Counted from the first letter of the stretch, positions 17,984 through 28,254 are shown. The stretch: 64,000 nt of DNA from Vicinamibacterales bacterium (GCA_035537875.1 DATLLJ010000037.1:138315-202314); one strand, 5' to 3'. Notes: a model not told the origin generated them from the letters alone. Translations and numbers: made by a program.

Positions 17984-18953
17984 TCATCGCCCGTCGTGTT
18001 CCTCAATCTGCGGATACATCGCCGAGTGCTTCAATCCAGCATGACGTTTGCCGTACACGGCCGGGACATCCCGAGTCACATCGCTCGGGATTGTGAGCGC
18101 AAGGGTCAGCGTGACGGCGAAGGCCAGCCTTCGCCAGTCGGGGCCTGAAGACAGCTGCCGATCGGCTCCCGCCGGCGGCGTGGCCTCATCAACCGTCTTT
18201 CGCATCCAGCTGCGCGCCAGCAGGGCGGCCCCGAAAACCGACATGGCGATATTGAACGTCTGGCCCGTCGGCAACCCGAACAGCGTGATCGGGTACTCCC
18301 GAAACAGATCGATCGGAATTCTGAGGCTCGCATACAAGAAGGTAAAGAGCGCCCCGAGTCGACCGGGAGGCACATCCCGACGCCTCACCATCATCAGGAT
18401 TGGAATCAGCGTGAAGTTCTTGAGCCCGTCATAGAGCACGACAGGGTGACGAAGGCCGTCGGCTTCTGGAAACTTCACGGCCCACGGCACATCGGTCAGG
18501 CTGCCGACGATCTGGCCGTCGATGAAGTTGCCGATTCGGCCGCATCCGAGGATCACGGCGGCCGGGATGGCCAGCGCGTCCAGCACCGGGCGGAACGGCA
18601 CACGCCGAATCCAGCAAAAGAGGAGCACGCCCGCGAAGCCGCCGACAATGAGGCCGTGCGTCGCCAGGCCGCCGATCCAGACAGCTGGAATGAGAGCCAG
18701 ATGTTCCCGGTAGAAATCCCATTCGTTGTTGAACACGACGAGCGAGCGGCCGCCGATGAGCGTGCCCACCGCCAGGAACAGCGTCAGGTCGTAGACCGAC
18801 CGCAGGGAGAGCCCGAGCTTCGCGCGGTTCCGTCTGAGGAAAAGATGGGCGTTGAGGAACCCGAGTGAGTAAGTGAGGCCGTACCACCAACACGTGGATG
18901 CCCAAGACCGAGAGGATAATCGGATCGAAGTCGTGCACGTGCCCGTCAAGCAC
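17984..18953 (-). CDS. lgt: Prolipoprotein diacylglyceryl transferase with an apparent +1 frameshift near 18887-18893
   Basis: The main frame has WYGLTYSLGFL...GRIGNFIDGQ...HPVVLYDGL. The conserved Lgt N-terminus (V)LDGHVHDFDPIILSVLGIHV lies in the adjacent frame, starting at GTG 18953 behind a GGGGGAGGG SD. The span is 970 nt, which is not divisible by 3. Confidence 0.75.
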
Positions 18954-19029
18954 AGCCGGACCCTCCCCCTGATATGAATGCGACAATCGGAGCGAAAATG
19001 GCTCATACGAGTCGCGCACCCGTGTGTCA

Positions 19030-19542
19030 ATGAACCTGTCGTTGAAGAACTGCGTGGTGAGGCCCTGGCGGTCGAGTGATCTCGATACCCTGGTGAAGTA
19101 CGCCAACAACCGCCGCATCTGGCTGAACCTTCGCGACCGCTTTCCACACCCGTACACGACGCGGGACGGCCGCGCCTTTCTCCAGCACGTACAGCAGCAA
19201 TTGCCGCTGACATCGTTCGCGGTGGCGGTGAACGGCGAAGCGGCAGGTGGAATCGGCTTTCAACTGCAAGCCGACGTCGAACGGGTGTCAGCCGAGATCG
19301 GTTACTGGCTCGGCGAACCGTTCTGGGGCAGGGGCATCATCACCGAAGCGCTCGTTGCGGTCACCGCTCATGCGATCGCCGCCCACGGGCTGACCCGCGT
19401 CTACGCGATGCCATTCGCCTGGAATGCGGCTTCGTGCCGCGTGCTCGAAAAAGCAGGGTACGTGCTCGAAGGCCGGCTTCGGAACAGCGCCATCAAGGAC
19501 GGGCGGATCACCGATCAGCTGCAGTACGCGTTCAATCCTTGA
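19030..19542 (+). CDS. GNAT family N-acetyltransferase (RimJ/RimL-like)
   Basis: VRPWRSSDLDTLVKYANN...IGYWLGEPFWGRGIITEA...NAASCRVLEKAGYVLEG. ATG at 19030 (the track starts at GTG 19024). Confidence 0.8.
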   Translation: MNLSLKNCVVRPWRSSDLDTLVKYANNRRIWLNLRDRFPHPYTTRDGRAFLQHVQQQLPLTSFAVAVNGEAAGGIGFQLQADVERVSAEIGYWLGEPFWGRGIITEALVAVTAHAIAAHGLTRVYAMPFAWNAASCRVLEKAGYVLEGRLRNSAIKDGRITDQLQYAFNP

Positions 19543-20452
19543 CCGGAGCGTCGGGGCTGATCTCGTCGCTCCTGATGTTTTCGTCGGTGGACACGTCGAA
19601 TCGTCTGAATCGTTCGTAGGTTGCAATGGCGGTCACGCGCGTGCCGTTGTCGAACTTGTACTCTTCCTGCATTTCGAACGGCACCGCGATCTCGAACCGC
19701 TCGTCATATCGAAACAACGATGTGATCCGCGCACGGAGGCTTGGCTGGTCGAGCAGGACTTCGGTCTTCAGGATGCGGCCGGTCTCCGCCTCTACCCAGA
19801 CGCGGCCGTGCGCGAACAAATCCAGATCGGAGCGCCCCCTGACGATGGATGGTCGCGCATCCTCCTGGTACTCGATGACCCAGACGTCGGGCCCCACCTT
19901 CGGGTCGATCCTGCCGAGCGAGTATTTGAAACGCTGTTGCATGTCGGCCTGCAGGACGACCACGCCGAGCACCGGGTTGTTGACGGTGCGCTTCATGTTG
20001 CCGAGATTGTAGCGGGCGCTCTCATCCTGAATGCGATTGGCCTGCTGCAGCGAATTGAGGGACGGATTGAGGAACAGCCTCGCCAGCCGTTGTTCGCGGT
20101 CGCGAACCGGCTGCGCGTCGACTTCGAACACATCCCGGAATGGCACCCAGTCCTGCGCCGTGCTCACGGACACCAGCAGGAAGTCCGACTTCAGCCGCCG
20201 GTTCCGCGCCGTCGCACCCGGTCGTCCGATGAGCGCCGGGCTTTGCATCGGAACGCTCGAATCCTGCAGGTATGTTTCCTCGGCGACGACGTTCGAGAAC
20301 TTGTCGAGAAAATCGAGCACATACCACCCAGCGCGCCCGAGGAGGAGCTCGATGGTGATGCGGTCGGTTCCGGACTCCTGGCCGAGGAGAGTGGACCCGG
20401 CGGTGCACAGTGCGACAGCCAGCACGCAAAAGCGGCGCATTCCAACTGCCAT
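19532..20452 (-). CDS. Hypothetical secreted protein
   Basis: 306 aa with signal peptide MAVGMRRFCVLAVALCTAGSTLLG. Non-repetitive, balanced composition with no motif recognised. Confidence 0.55.
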   Translation of the reverse strand: MAVGMRRFCVLAVALCTAGSTLLGQESGTDRITIELLLGRAGWYVLDFLDKFSNVVAEETYLQDSSVPMQSPALIGRPGATARNRRLKSDFLLVSVSTAQDWVPFRDVFEVDAQPVRDREQRLARLFLNPSLNSLQQANRIQDESARYNLGNMKRTVNNPVLGVVVLQADMQQRFKYSLGRIDPKVGPDVWVIEYQEDARPSIVRGRSDLDLFAHGRVWVEAETGRILKTEVLLDQPSLRARITSLFRYDERFEIAVPFEMQEEYKFDNGTRVTAIATYERFRRFDVSTDENIRSDEISPDAPVKD

Positions 20453-20528
20453 CGTAGCAGGAGTTCACCCGGGGGCCTACGGTCCCTGTTCCCTTGGAGT
20501 TGTCCGCGCCAAGCCTGGCTCGGAAGCT

Positions 20529-21488
20529 TTAAGGCCTGATTTCGCGCGTCTTGGACACCGGCGGCCCCTGCCGCCCGGCCCCGTTCACATGGGGACCCAG
20601 CACGGTGGTGATAAAGCGATGGATGGGAGTCTCCACGTCGAGCGCGCGTCCCATTCGAACCACGGCGCCACTCAACCAGGGAAGTTCGAGCCGCCTCTGA
20701 TGCTCGAGATCCGCCAGCATCGACGACTCCGACTGCCGGGGCAGCTGCTGGATGAGCCGCATGAGGTCGTCGAAGTAACTGCGCGCCAGGTCGATGCCGC
20801 TGGCACGGGCGACGGCCATCGATTCGACCACTGCCGCCTGCCACATCGCGAGCAGGTCCGGATCGTCGCGGATCACGCCGACCGGACACCTCGTCACCGC
20901 GGTGATGCCGCTCATGGCGGACAGGTGCACGAACTTCGACCAGATCTCCACCACGATCTGCGTGCTCAGCGTAGAACTGACACCCGCGTCGAGGCACACT
21001 TCGAGGAGCCGCTCGAGTCGCGGCGTGCGGGCGCCGTCCAGCTCGCCAAAAATAATCCGATCGAGCGCAACGTGGCGGATCACACCTGGTTCCGAAATCG
21101 ACGCCTGGACGTACGTTGTCCCAGCGGCCAGATGGCGGCGAGGGACGGCAGCCGCCATCATGTCCACGCTCTCCACGCCGTTCTGAAACGAGATGACGAC
21201 GGTCTCGCTCCCGATGAGCGGAGGCAGGAGCGGAAGCGCCGACACGGTGTCGTAGAGCTTGACCGCGACGAACACGGCGTCCACGGGCCCGATGGTCGTC
21301 GAATCGTCGGTCGCCGTCAGCCGCTCCAAATGGAGATTCCCCTGCGGGCTCTCGATCCGCAGGCCATTGGCGCGCAAGGCTGCCAGATGAGCGCCGCGCG
21401 CCACGAACGCGACGTCGGCCCCCGCCGCCGCGAGCCGGCCGCCAAAATAACCGCCCACCCCGCCGCTGCCGACGATGGCAATTCGCAT
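20529..21488 (-). CDS. panE: 2-dehydropantoate 2-reductase (ketopantoate reductase, ApbA/PanE family)
   Basis: MRIAIVGSGGVGGYFGGRLAAAGADVAFVARG Rossmann N-terminus, family-typical length (319 aa) and a middle FQNG motif. Confidence 0.75.
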   Translation of the reverse strand: MRIAIVGSGGVGGYFGGRLAAAGADVAFVARGAHLAALRANGLRIESPQGNLHLERLTATDDSTTIGPVDAVFVAVKLYDTVSALPLLPPLIGSETVVISFQNGVESVDMMAAAVPRRHLAAGTTYVQASISEPGVIRHVALDRIIFGELDGARTPRLERLLEVCLDAGVSSTLSTQIVVEIWSKFVHLSAMSGITAVTRCPVGVIRDDPDLLAMWQAAVVESMAVARASGIDLARSYFDDLMRLIQQLPRQSESSMLADLEHQRRLELPWLSGAVVRMGRALDVETPIHRFITTVLGPHVNGAGRQGPPVSKTREIRP

Positions 21489-21505
21489 GGGGGAATTCTA
21501 CGGTG

Positions 21506-22303
21506 TCAGGCCGGCAGCGGCAGGAGCTTCTCTACGGGCTCGCGCCACAGCTGAATGAGGACGGGTCGGACGGCGTCGGGTTCGCCGCTCGTGAAAAACT
21601 CGACCGGCTCGATCGCGCCTGCGCCGTCGTCAGCGACCGGACGTCGGGCAGCCAGCACTCTGGCGGTCTGCCGCGCGACGGCTGCCGCGCTGTCGAAGAG
21701 GGTGACCGACGGGCCAACGACCTGTTTGATCGCATCCTGCAGGAAGTTGTAGTGCGTGCAGCCGAGCACGATGCCGTCGGCGCCGCGATCGATGAGGGGC
21801 GCCGTATACCTTTTCAACAGCTCGATGGTGTGCGGGCCCGTCAAATCGCCCCGTTCGACCTGCTCAACGAGTCCGGGACACGGCTGCGTGATCACTTCGA
21901 TGCCGTCGGCGTTGCGTTCGATGAGGTTGACGACGCGTTCGCCGGCCAGCGTTGCACCCGTGGCCAGAATGCCCACGACGCGGCTGCGTGTGGCGCGAGC
22001 GGCCGGCTTGATGGCCGGCTCCATGCCGACGATCGGCACCTGCGCGAACTGCGTGCGGAGCATGTCGACGGCGTGCGTCGTGGCGGTGTTGCATGCCACT
22101 ACGACGGCCTCCGCGCGGCGCTCTTCCACGAGGAATCGCACGATCGCCAGCGATCGTTCCCGGATGATCTCGGGGGGCTTGGTGCCGTACGGCACATACT
22201 TCGAGTCGGCGGCATACATCAGCGTGTCATAAGGCAGGATGGTTCGCAGCTCGCGCAGCACACACAGGCCGCCGAGGCCGGAATCGAACACGCCGATACT
22301 CAC
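21506..22303 (-). CDS. murI: Glutamate racemase
   Basis: From GTG 22303: VSIGVFDSGLGGLCVL...YVPYG...VVVACNTAT...IVLGCTHY (both catalytic Cys motifs). Confidence 0.9.
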   Translation of the reverse strand: MSIGVFDSGLGGLCVLRELRTILPYDTLMYAADSKYVPYGTKPPEIIRERSLAIVRFLVEERRAEAVVVACNTATTHAVDMLRTQFAQVPIVGMEPAIKPAARATRSRVVGILATGATLAGERVVNLIERNADGIEVITQPCPGLVEQVERGDLTGPHTIELLKRYTAPLIDRGADGIVLGCTHYNFLQDAIKQVVGPSVTLFDSAAAVARQTARVLAARRPVADDGAGAIEPVEFFTSGEPDAVRPVLIQLWREPVEKLLPLPA

Positions 22304-22380
22304 GCGGCGATTGTAGTACGGGTCCCGGTCGGCTCTCGCCGGCCCAGCCCCTCGGTGGGATCGAAGTAGAATGCCGTGGC

Positions 22381-23607
22381 ATGACGAAGTACGGTCGATC
22401 GCCGTGGATCGAACTTGCGCCGAAGTCACGCGTGCCCTCGTACCCGCAGCAACGCGGGCCGCTCGAAACCTCCGTCGTCGTCGTCGGCGGCGGGCTCACG
22501 GGGTGCGCGACTGCCTATGCCTTCGCCGCCGCCGGCGTGAATGCCGTGCTGGTCGAGGCCTCGCGCATCGGCCGCGGAGGAACGGGGCTGGCGACGGGAT
22601 GGATCGCCGGTGATCCGGGTGTGTCCTTTGTCGAGGTCGACAGATCGCTCGGGCGTGCGGCGGCGCGACATGCGTTTCGCGCGTGGCGGCGGGCGGCGCT
22701 CGACTTGACCGCGCTCGTGCGGCGCCTCGGGATCCCCTGCGATCTGCGCGCTGGGAGCACGGCGACCGTGGCGCTGACCCCCGATCAGGCGACGCGCCTT
22801 CGTCGAGAGCAGAAGATTCGCCGAGACGCGGGCCTGGAGGCGCCGCTGCTGAACGCGCGGGCGGTCAGGGCCGAGCTCGCCCTCGATGGCGTCGCGGCCA
22901 TTCGAGAACACGCCAGCGGTGTGGTGGATCCCTATCGTGCGTGTCTCGGACTGGCTGCCGCGGCGGCGGCGCGAGGCGTGCGCATCTTCGAGAAGTCGGA
23001 GGTCCGCAAGATCAGTTTCACGCGACGGATCGTCGATGTCATCACCGCTGGCGGTTCGATTCGCGCGAACCGAGTGGTCGTCGCGACGGGTTTTCCGACC
23101 GCTCTGTTCAAGTCGCTGCGGAGACATTTCTGGTTCCGCACCGCTTACTTGGCGATGAGCGACAGAGTGCCGGCGGTCATCCGCAAGCAGCTCGGGCGCC
23201 GCGACGCCATCGTCCGCGACCTCGCGAGCCCGCCGCACGTGGTTCGATGGGTGGGCGATGACCGGTTGCTGGTCGGGGGAGCAGACCTTGAAACGCCGCC
23301 CGATCGTCAACGGGAACGAATCATCCCGCAGCGGACGGGACAGTTGATGTACGAGCTCTCGACGCTCTATCCAGACATCTCAGGTATTCTTCCGCAATAC
23401 GGGTGGGACGCCCCGTACGCGCGGACGTCGGACGGCCTGCCGTACATCGGACCCCATCGGAATTTTCCACATCATCTGTTCGCCTTCGGCGACTCGAGCC
23501 ACAGCGTCACGGGCGCGTTTTTGGCGAGCCGGGCGCTGCTGCGCCACCACCTGGACGAGCTCGAGCCTGTCGACCGCTTCTTCAGTTTCACGCGTCATGG
23601 CGATTGA
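22381..23607 (+). CDS. FAD-dependent oxidoreductase (DAO / glycine oxidase-like family)
   Basis: VVVVGGGLTGCATAYAFAAAG dinucleotide-binding motif, 408 aa. 11-nt overlap with bshB1. Confidence 0.75.
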   Translation: MTKYGRSPWIELAPKSRVPSYPQQRGPLETSVVVVGGGLTGCATAYAFAAAGVNAVLVEASRIGRGGTGLATGWIAGDPGVSFVEVDRSLGRAAARHAFRAWRRAALDLTALVRRLGIPCDLRAGSTATVALTPDQATRLRREQKIRRDAGLEAPLLNARAVRAELALDGVAAIREHASGVVDPYRACLGLAAAAAARGVRIFEKSEVRKISFTRRIVDVITAGGSIRANRVVVATGFPTALFKSLRRHFWFRTAYLAMSDRVPAVIRKQLGRRDAIVRDLASPPHVVRWVGDDRLLVGGADLETPPDRQRERIIPQRTGQLMYELSTLYPDISGILPQYGWDAPYARTSDGLPYIGPHRNFPHHLFAFGDSSHSVTGAFLASRALLRHHLDELEPVDRFFSFTRHGD

Positions 23608-24301
23608 TCTCCTCGTCTTCGGTCCCCACCCCGACGACATCGAAATCGGCGCGGGCGGTATCGTCGCGCTGCACGTGTCACTCGGGTTCGACGTGGGCTT
23701 GTGCGACCTCACGGTTGGCGAGATGGGGAGCAACGGCACGGTGGAGGAGCGGTTGAAGGAGTCGGAAGCCGCGCGCGAGGCTCTGGGCGCCTCGTGGCGG
23801 GAGAACCTCCATCTGCCCGATCGGCACATCGGGAAAGATCCGGCGCATCTGGATGCAGTGGTCGCATTCATCCGGCGGCACCAGCCGCGCGTGGTGGCTG
23901 CGCCGTACTGGGCCGATCGACATCCCGATCATGCGGCGGCCAGCGCACTGGTCACGGAGGCGGTGTTCAACAGCGGCCTGAGAAGATATCGGGCCGAGGC
24001 CGGGGAAGCGTGGAAGGTCGAGTGGGTCTGCTACTACTTCATCAACGACAGCGCTTCGCCTTCGTTTGTCGTTGACGTCACGCCGCACTATGCTCGAAAG
24101 CGCCGGGCGCTCGACTGCCACATCAGCCAGTTTCAGGCGGGACCCCAGGCCGTCGGGACGCGTCTTAATACACCGGTGTTCCGGCAGCTCATCGAGAGTC
24201 GCGACGCCCAGTTCGGCGCCCTGGCAGGGGTGGCGTGGGCAGAGGGTTTCGTCGTCCGGGAGCCGGTCGTGCGGCGAACCCTGTTCAGAGAAGCGACGTG
24301 A
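23597..24301 (+). CDS. bshB1: N-acetyl-alpha-D-glucosaminyl L-malate deacetylase (PIG-L/LmbE family)
   Basis: LLVFGPHPDDIEIGAGG...CDLTVGEMGSNG...PYWADRHPDHAAA...AEGF is collinear with Bacillus BshB1 as I remember it. Directly upstream of bshA. Confidence 0.8.
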   Translation: MAIDLLVFGPHPDDIEIGAGGIVALHVSLGFDVGLCDLTVGEMGSNGTVEERLKESEAAREALGASWRENLHLPDRHIGKDPAHLDAVVAFIRRHQPRVVAAPYWADRHPDHAAASALVTEAVFNSGLRRYRAEAGEAWKVEWVCYYFINDSASPSFVVDVTPHYARKRRALDCHISQFQAGPQAVGTRLNTPVFRQLIESRDAQFGALAGVAWAEGFVVREPVVRRTLFREAT

Positions 24302-24302
24302 C

Positions 24303-25478
24303 ATGAGGATTGGGATCGTCTGCTATGCCTCGGTCGGTGGAAGCGGCATCATCGCGACCGAGCTCGGGAAGACGCTCGCGGCGCGCGGCCACGACGTTCA
24401 CATCCTGAGCAGCGACACGCCCTTTCGGCTGTCGGGCTATCAGCCGGGGCTGACATTTCATCGCGTCGAAACGCCCGCGTACCCGCTTTTTCGCGAGCCG
24501 CAATACCTGTTGTCGCTCGCGAACAAGATTGTACAGGTCGCGCGTCACGAGCAGCTCGACATCGTGCATGCCCACTATGCGGTCCCGCACGCCACCGCGG
24601 CGTACCTCGCGCGTCAGATTCTGCGAGCGGGGCACGGGCCGGTCCCGGCGACGATTACGACGCTGCACGGCACCGACATCACGCTGCTCGGCAGCGACCG
24701 ATCGTATTCGGAGACCGTCGCCTTCTGTATCGACGAGTCCGACGGGGTGACGGCGGTCTCGGAAAGTCTCAGGGCTGACACGTGCCGGGAGCTCGCGGTC
24801 CGCACCGATATCAAGGTCATTCCGAATTTTCTCAACTGCGCGGCGCATCACCGCGTCGACGCGTCAGGCGTTCGCAAGCGGCTGATCGGGGACGATGAGG
24901 CCAAAGTGGCGATTCACGTGTCCAATTTCAGGCCGGTGAAGCGCGTCATGGCCGTCGTCGACGTCTTCGATCGCATCAGACGTGAAGTGCCCGCGCACCT
25001 GCTGATGGTGGGCGACGGCCCCGAGTTGGATGCGGCGTCCCGGCTGGCGCAGGAGCGAGGGTTGGAGGGTCAGGTGCATTTCCTGGGGGAACAGGACCAG
25101 GTGCTGCCGCTGCTCTCGATCGCCGATCTGTTCCTGCTCCCGTCGGCGCAGGAGAGTTTCGGGCTCGCGGCCCTCGAGGCGATGGCATGCGAGGTGCCGG
25201 TCGTCGCGTCCAATGTCGGGGGACTCCCGGAGGTCATCGACCACGGCAGGACCGGCTTTCTGCACCCGATGGACGACTTGGACGGAATGGCCCGGTCCGC
25301 CGTAAGGTTGCTGACCGACAGCCACCTTCATGATCAGATGGCGGCCGCAGGCCTCGCGAAAGTCCGCAGACACTTCTGCGAAGAGAAGATCGTCCCGCTT
25401 TACGAAGGGTTCTACGAGGAAGTCTGGGCACGGGTGGGATCTGGAAAGGCGCGCCCCAGCCGCCCCTCCAGACTGTAA
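24303..25478 (+). CDS. bshA: N-acetyl-alpha-D-glucosaminyl L-malate synthase (GT4)
   Basis: MRIGIVCYASVGGSGIIATELGK...HAHYAVPHA...TLHGTDIT...HVSNFRPVKR...ESFGLAALEAMACEVPVVASNVGGLPEV closely parallels Bacillus BshA. The ATG is 1 nt after the bshB1 stop. Confidence 0.85.
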   Translation: MRIGIVCYASVGGSGIIATELGKTLAARGHDVHILSSDTPFRLSGYQPGLTFHRVETPAYPLFREPQYLLSLANKIVQVARHEQLDIVHAHYAVPHATAAYLARQILRAGHGPVPATITTLHGTDITLLGSDRSYSETVAFCIDESDGVTAVSESLRADTCRELAVRTDIKVIPNFLNCAAHHRVDASGVRKRLIGDDEAKVAIHVSNFRPVKRVMAVVDVFDRIRREVPAHLLMVGDGPELDAASRLAQERGLEGQVHFLGEQDQVLPLLSIADLFLLPSAQESFGLAALEAMACEVPVVASNVGGLPEVIDHGRTGFLHPMDDLDGMARSAVRLLTDSHLHDQMAAAGLAKVRRHFCEEKIVPLYEGFYEEVWARVGSGKARPSRPSRL

Positions 25479-25488
25479 GATTGCCGCT

Positions 25489-28254
25489 ATGAAGCGCTCT
25501 TTCGCCCTGACGGCCGTGCTGGTGGCGCTTGCTCCCTTCGCTCTGGCGCAGCTGCGTGTGGCCCCGGTCGACTACGACCAGGGGCATGTCGCGCTCGGTC
25601 TCGTCCTCCGCCATCTCTCGAACACCGGCATCTACATGATGGCGACGGCCCATCCCGACGATGAGAACAACGGGCTGCTCGTCCTTCTCAATCGCGGCCT
25701 CGGCTATCGCACGGCGCTGGCGACCGCGACGCGCGGCAATGGCGGGCAGAACGAAATCGGCCCCGAACTGTTCGAAGCGTTGGGAGTGTTACGAACCGAG
25801 GAATTGGCGGCGCTGCACAGGTTCGACGGCGCGGAGCAGTACTTCACACGCGCGGTCGATTTTGGATACACGATCGATCTGGCAGAAACGAACCGACTGT
25901 GGGGACGCGACGAGATCATCGGCGACTACGTCCGCCTGATCCGGACGATCCGCCCCGATGTCATCAGCGCCCAGAATCCAAACGCGGTCGGTCCGGGCCA
26001 GCACGCCCATCACGCGTTGGCTGCGATGCTGTCGCACGAGGCGTACAAGGTTGCCGGCGATCCGACGAGGTATCCCGAGCAGATCAGTGAAGGGCTGCGG
26101 CCCTGGCAGCCCAGAAAGTTCTACTTCACCGTCGGCGGGCCAGGCGGCGGCGCGTCAAACGTGCCCGCGCGCGTGTGTCGGATCGATCTGGCTGTCTACG
26201 ACTCGCTGCTCGGACGAACCTTCTCCGAGATAGGAACCGAGGCGCGGAGCATGCACAAATGCCAGGGCCAGGCGCAGCTGCTCGCGCTTCCAGGCCCCTC
26301 GGCTGGAACCTTCACGCTCGCCGGCACGTCGATTCCCGGCCAGATGGACCTCGAGGAGAAGACGCTCTTCGACGGCGTCGACACGAGCATCGTCGGCCTG
26401 GCGAAGTTCGCGGGCTCCGCTCCATCAGCCGCTCTCGTCGAAGCCCTCAAGGGCATCGATACCAGCGTACAGACCGCGCAGATCAAATTCGACACGGAGG
26501 GCGACGCGATGACGCTGCCGCCGCTCCTATCGGGGCTGAGAGCCGTCCGCGCCTTGCGCAGCAGCTTGCCCGCGATGGCCATGGAGAGCGTCGCGCGCTA
26601 TGAGATCGACGTGCGTCTGGACCAGAAAGAGCGCGAGTTCCAGCAGGCCGTGATCGCGGCCAACGGTCTGCGCGTTGAAGCGCTCGCCGACGACGGCGTG
26701 GTGGTTCCGGGGCAAGGTGTACGGATCACGACGATCATCGCCAATCACGGCGTGATGGACGTAACCGTCAAGGACGTCAAGATCGACGGGTTCGCCGGTG
26801 ACGAGGCGTGTCGGCTCACCGCGGCCGTCGCCGGAGGTGGGCCCGGGGGTCAAGGTGCCGGAGCGGCTCAGGCCGGTCCGCCTATCTCGACGCTGAAGCG
26901 TGGTGACGTCGCTCGATGCACGCCTGCCCGCACCATCCCCGCAGATGCGAGGGTGACCGAGCCTTACTGGCATCGAGACGGCGAGGCCGGCCGCTACACG
27001 TTCGACACCGGTGCGCCGTTCGGCCTGCCGTTCCGACCGACGCCGTTTCGAATGCAGGTCAGTCTGGCGTTGCCGACCGGGGACGAAATCATCGAGAGCC
27101 TGCCCGTGCAGTACCGGTATGAAGGCGATATCTTCAGCGGCGAGAAGCGCATGGATCTGATGGTCACGCCGGCGTTCTCGGTCAAGGTGACGCCTGACAT
27201 CGCCATCATTCCCTCGGAATCGGTTCGCCCTGCGGCCGCTGGACGGCCCATTGCGACGCGCGAGCTCCGCGTCACCGTCGTGAACGACAACCCGGGAAAA
27301 GCCGCAGGTGCGGTACGGCTCGAGTTGCCGATGGGCTGGTCGGCGTCGCCGGCAGAGCAGGCGGTGACGTTCACGAGAGCCGACGAATCGCGGACCGTCC
27401 GGTTCCAGATCACGCCTGCAGCAACCGCGGCGGCCGGCGAATTCCGCGTGCGCGCGCTCGCGCAGTCGGGAGCACAGACCTTCGACCGTGGTTTCGACAT
27501 CATCGAGTACTCGCACATCCGCCGTCAGCATATCTACGCGACCGCCAGCGCGCGGTTGAAAGTGCTCGATGTCCGCACCGCGCCGGATCTGACGGTCGGC
27601 TACGTCATGGGATCCGGCGACGACGTCGCGCCTTTCATCGAGCAGCTGGGAGCGCGCGTCGAGATGCTCGGCGCCGACGCGCTTGCCTGGGGGGACCTGT
27701 CGCGGTTTGACACGATCGTGCTCGGCGTGCGCGCGTACGAGCGGCGCGACGACTTGCGCGCCAACAACAGCCGGCTGCTCGAATACGTGGAGAATGGCGG
27801 GACGGTCATCGTGCAGTACAACCGCGCCATGATCAATGACGCCTACGGGCCGTATCCGGCACAGATCACCAATAATCGCATCACCGACGAGAACGCCCCG
27901 GTGCGGATTCTCGAGCCGGCTCACCCGGTGTTCACGACACCGAACCGGTTGACCGAGGCTGCGTGGAGCGGGTGGGTGCAAGAGCGCGGCCTGAGTTTCC
28001 TCGGGGACAAGGACGCCCGCTATCGCGATCTCGTGGAACTGACCGATCCGTTTCCGAATAATCCGGGGCCGAAACGGGGGGCGCTCGTCGAAGCCGAGCA
28101 CGGAAAAGGTCGGTGGCTGTACGTCGCGCTCGGTTTGTGGCGGGAACTCCCCGCCGGCGTCGACGGCGCCTATCCCATCCTGGCAAACCTCATCAGCCTG
28201 GGGAAAGCGCCCGTGTCGCCACGGAGCCCCGCGCCGGCGACCTCCGTGCGTTGA
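25489..28254 (+). CDS. Large secreted PIG-L/LmbE-domain protein with a C-terminal class-I glutamine-amidotransferase-like (ThuA/DUF4159-like) domain
   Basis: Signal peptide MKRSFALTAVLVALAPFALAQ and an N-terminal MMATAHPDDENNG...HHA LmbE motif. The C-terminus has DTIVLGVRAYE...GGTVIVQYN...GKGRWLYVALGLWRELP. 921 aa. Confidence 0.7.
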   Translation: MKRSFALTAVLVALAPFALAQLRVAPVDYDQGHVALGLVLRHLSNTGIYMMATAHPDDENNGLLVLLNRGLGYRTALATATRGNGGQNEIGPELFEALGVLRTEELAALHRFDGAEQYFTRAVDFGYTIDLAETNRLWGRDEIIGDYVRLIRTIRPDVISAQNPNAVGPGQHAHHALAAMLSHEAYKVAGDPTRYPEQISEGLRPWQPRKFYFTVGGPGGGASNVPARVCRIDLAVYDSLLGRTFSEIGTEARSMHKCQGQAQLLALPGPSAGTFTLAGTSIPGQMDLEEKTLFDGVDTSIVGLAKFAGSAPSAALVEALKGIDTSVQTAQIKFDTEGDAMTLPPLLSGLRAVRALRSSLPAMAMESVARYEIDVRLDQKEREFQQAVIAANGLRVEALADDGVVVPGQGVRITTIIANHGVMDVTVKDVKIDGFAGDEACRLTAAVAGGGPGGQGAGAAQAGPPISTLKRGDVARCTPARTIPADARVTEPYWHRDGEAGRYTFDTGAPFGLPFRPTPFRMQVSLALPTGDEIIESLPVQYRYEGDIFSGEKRMDLMVTPAFSVKVTPDIAIIPSESVRPAAAGRPIATRELRVTVVNDNPGKAAGAVRLELPMGWSASPAEQAVTFTRADESRTVRFQITPAATAAAGEFRVRALAQSGAQTFDRGFDIIEYSHIRRQHIYATASARLKVLDVRTAPDLTVGYVMGSGDDVAPFIEQLGARVEMLGADALAWGDLSRFDTIVLGVRAYERRDDLRANNSRLLEYVENGGTVIVQYNRAMINDAYGPYPAQITNNRITDENAPVRILEPAHPVFTTPNRLTEAAWSGWVQERGLSFLGDKDARYRDLVELTDPFPNNPGPKRGALVEAEHGKGRWLYVALGLWRELPAGVDGAYPILANLISLGKAPVSPRSPAPATSVR

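Noticed and set aside
18954-19213. Upstream part of the 409-aa ORF containing lgt
   Set aside because: Its composition is non-native (Arg/Ser/Cys-rich) and it overlaps the divergent GNAT gene start. The conserved Lgt N-terminus is in the neighbouring frame, starting at 18953.
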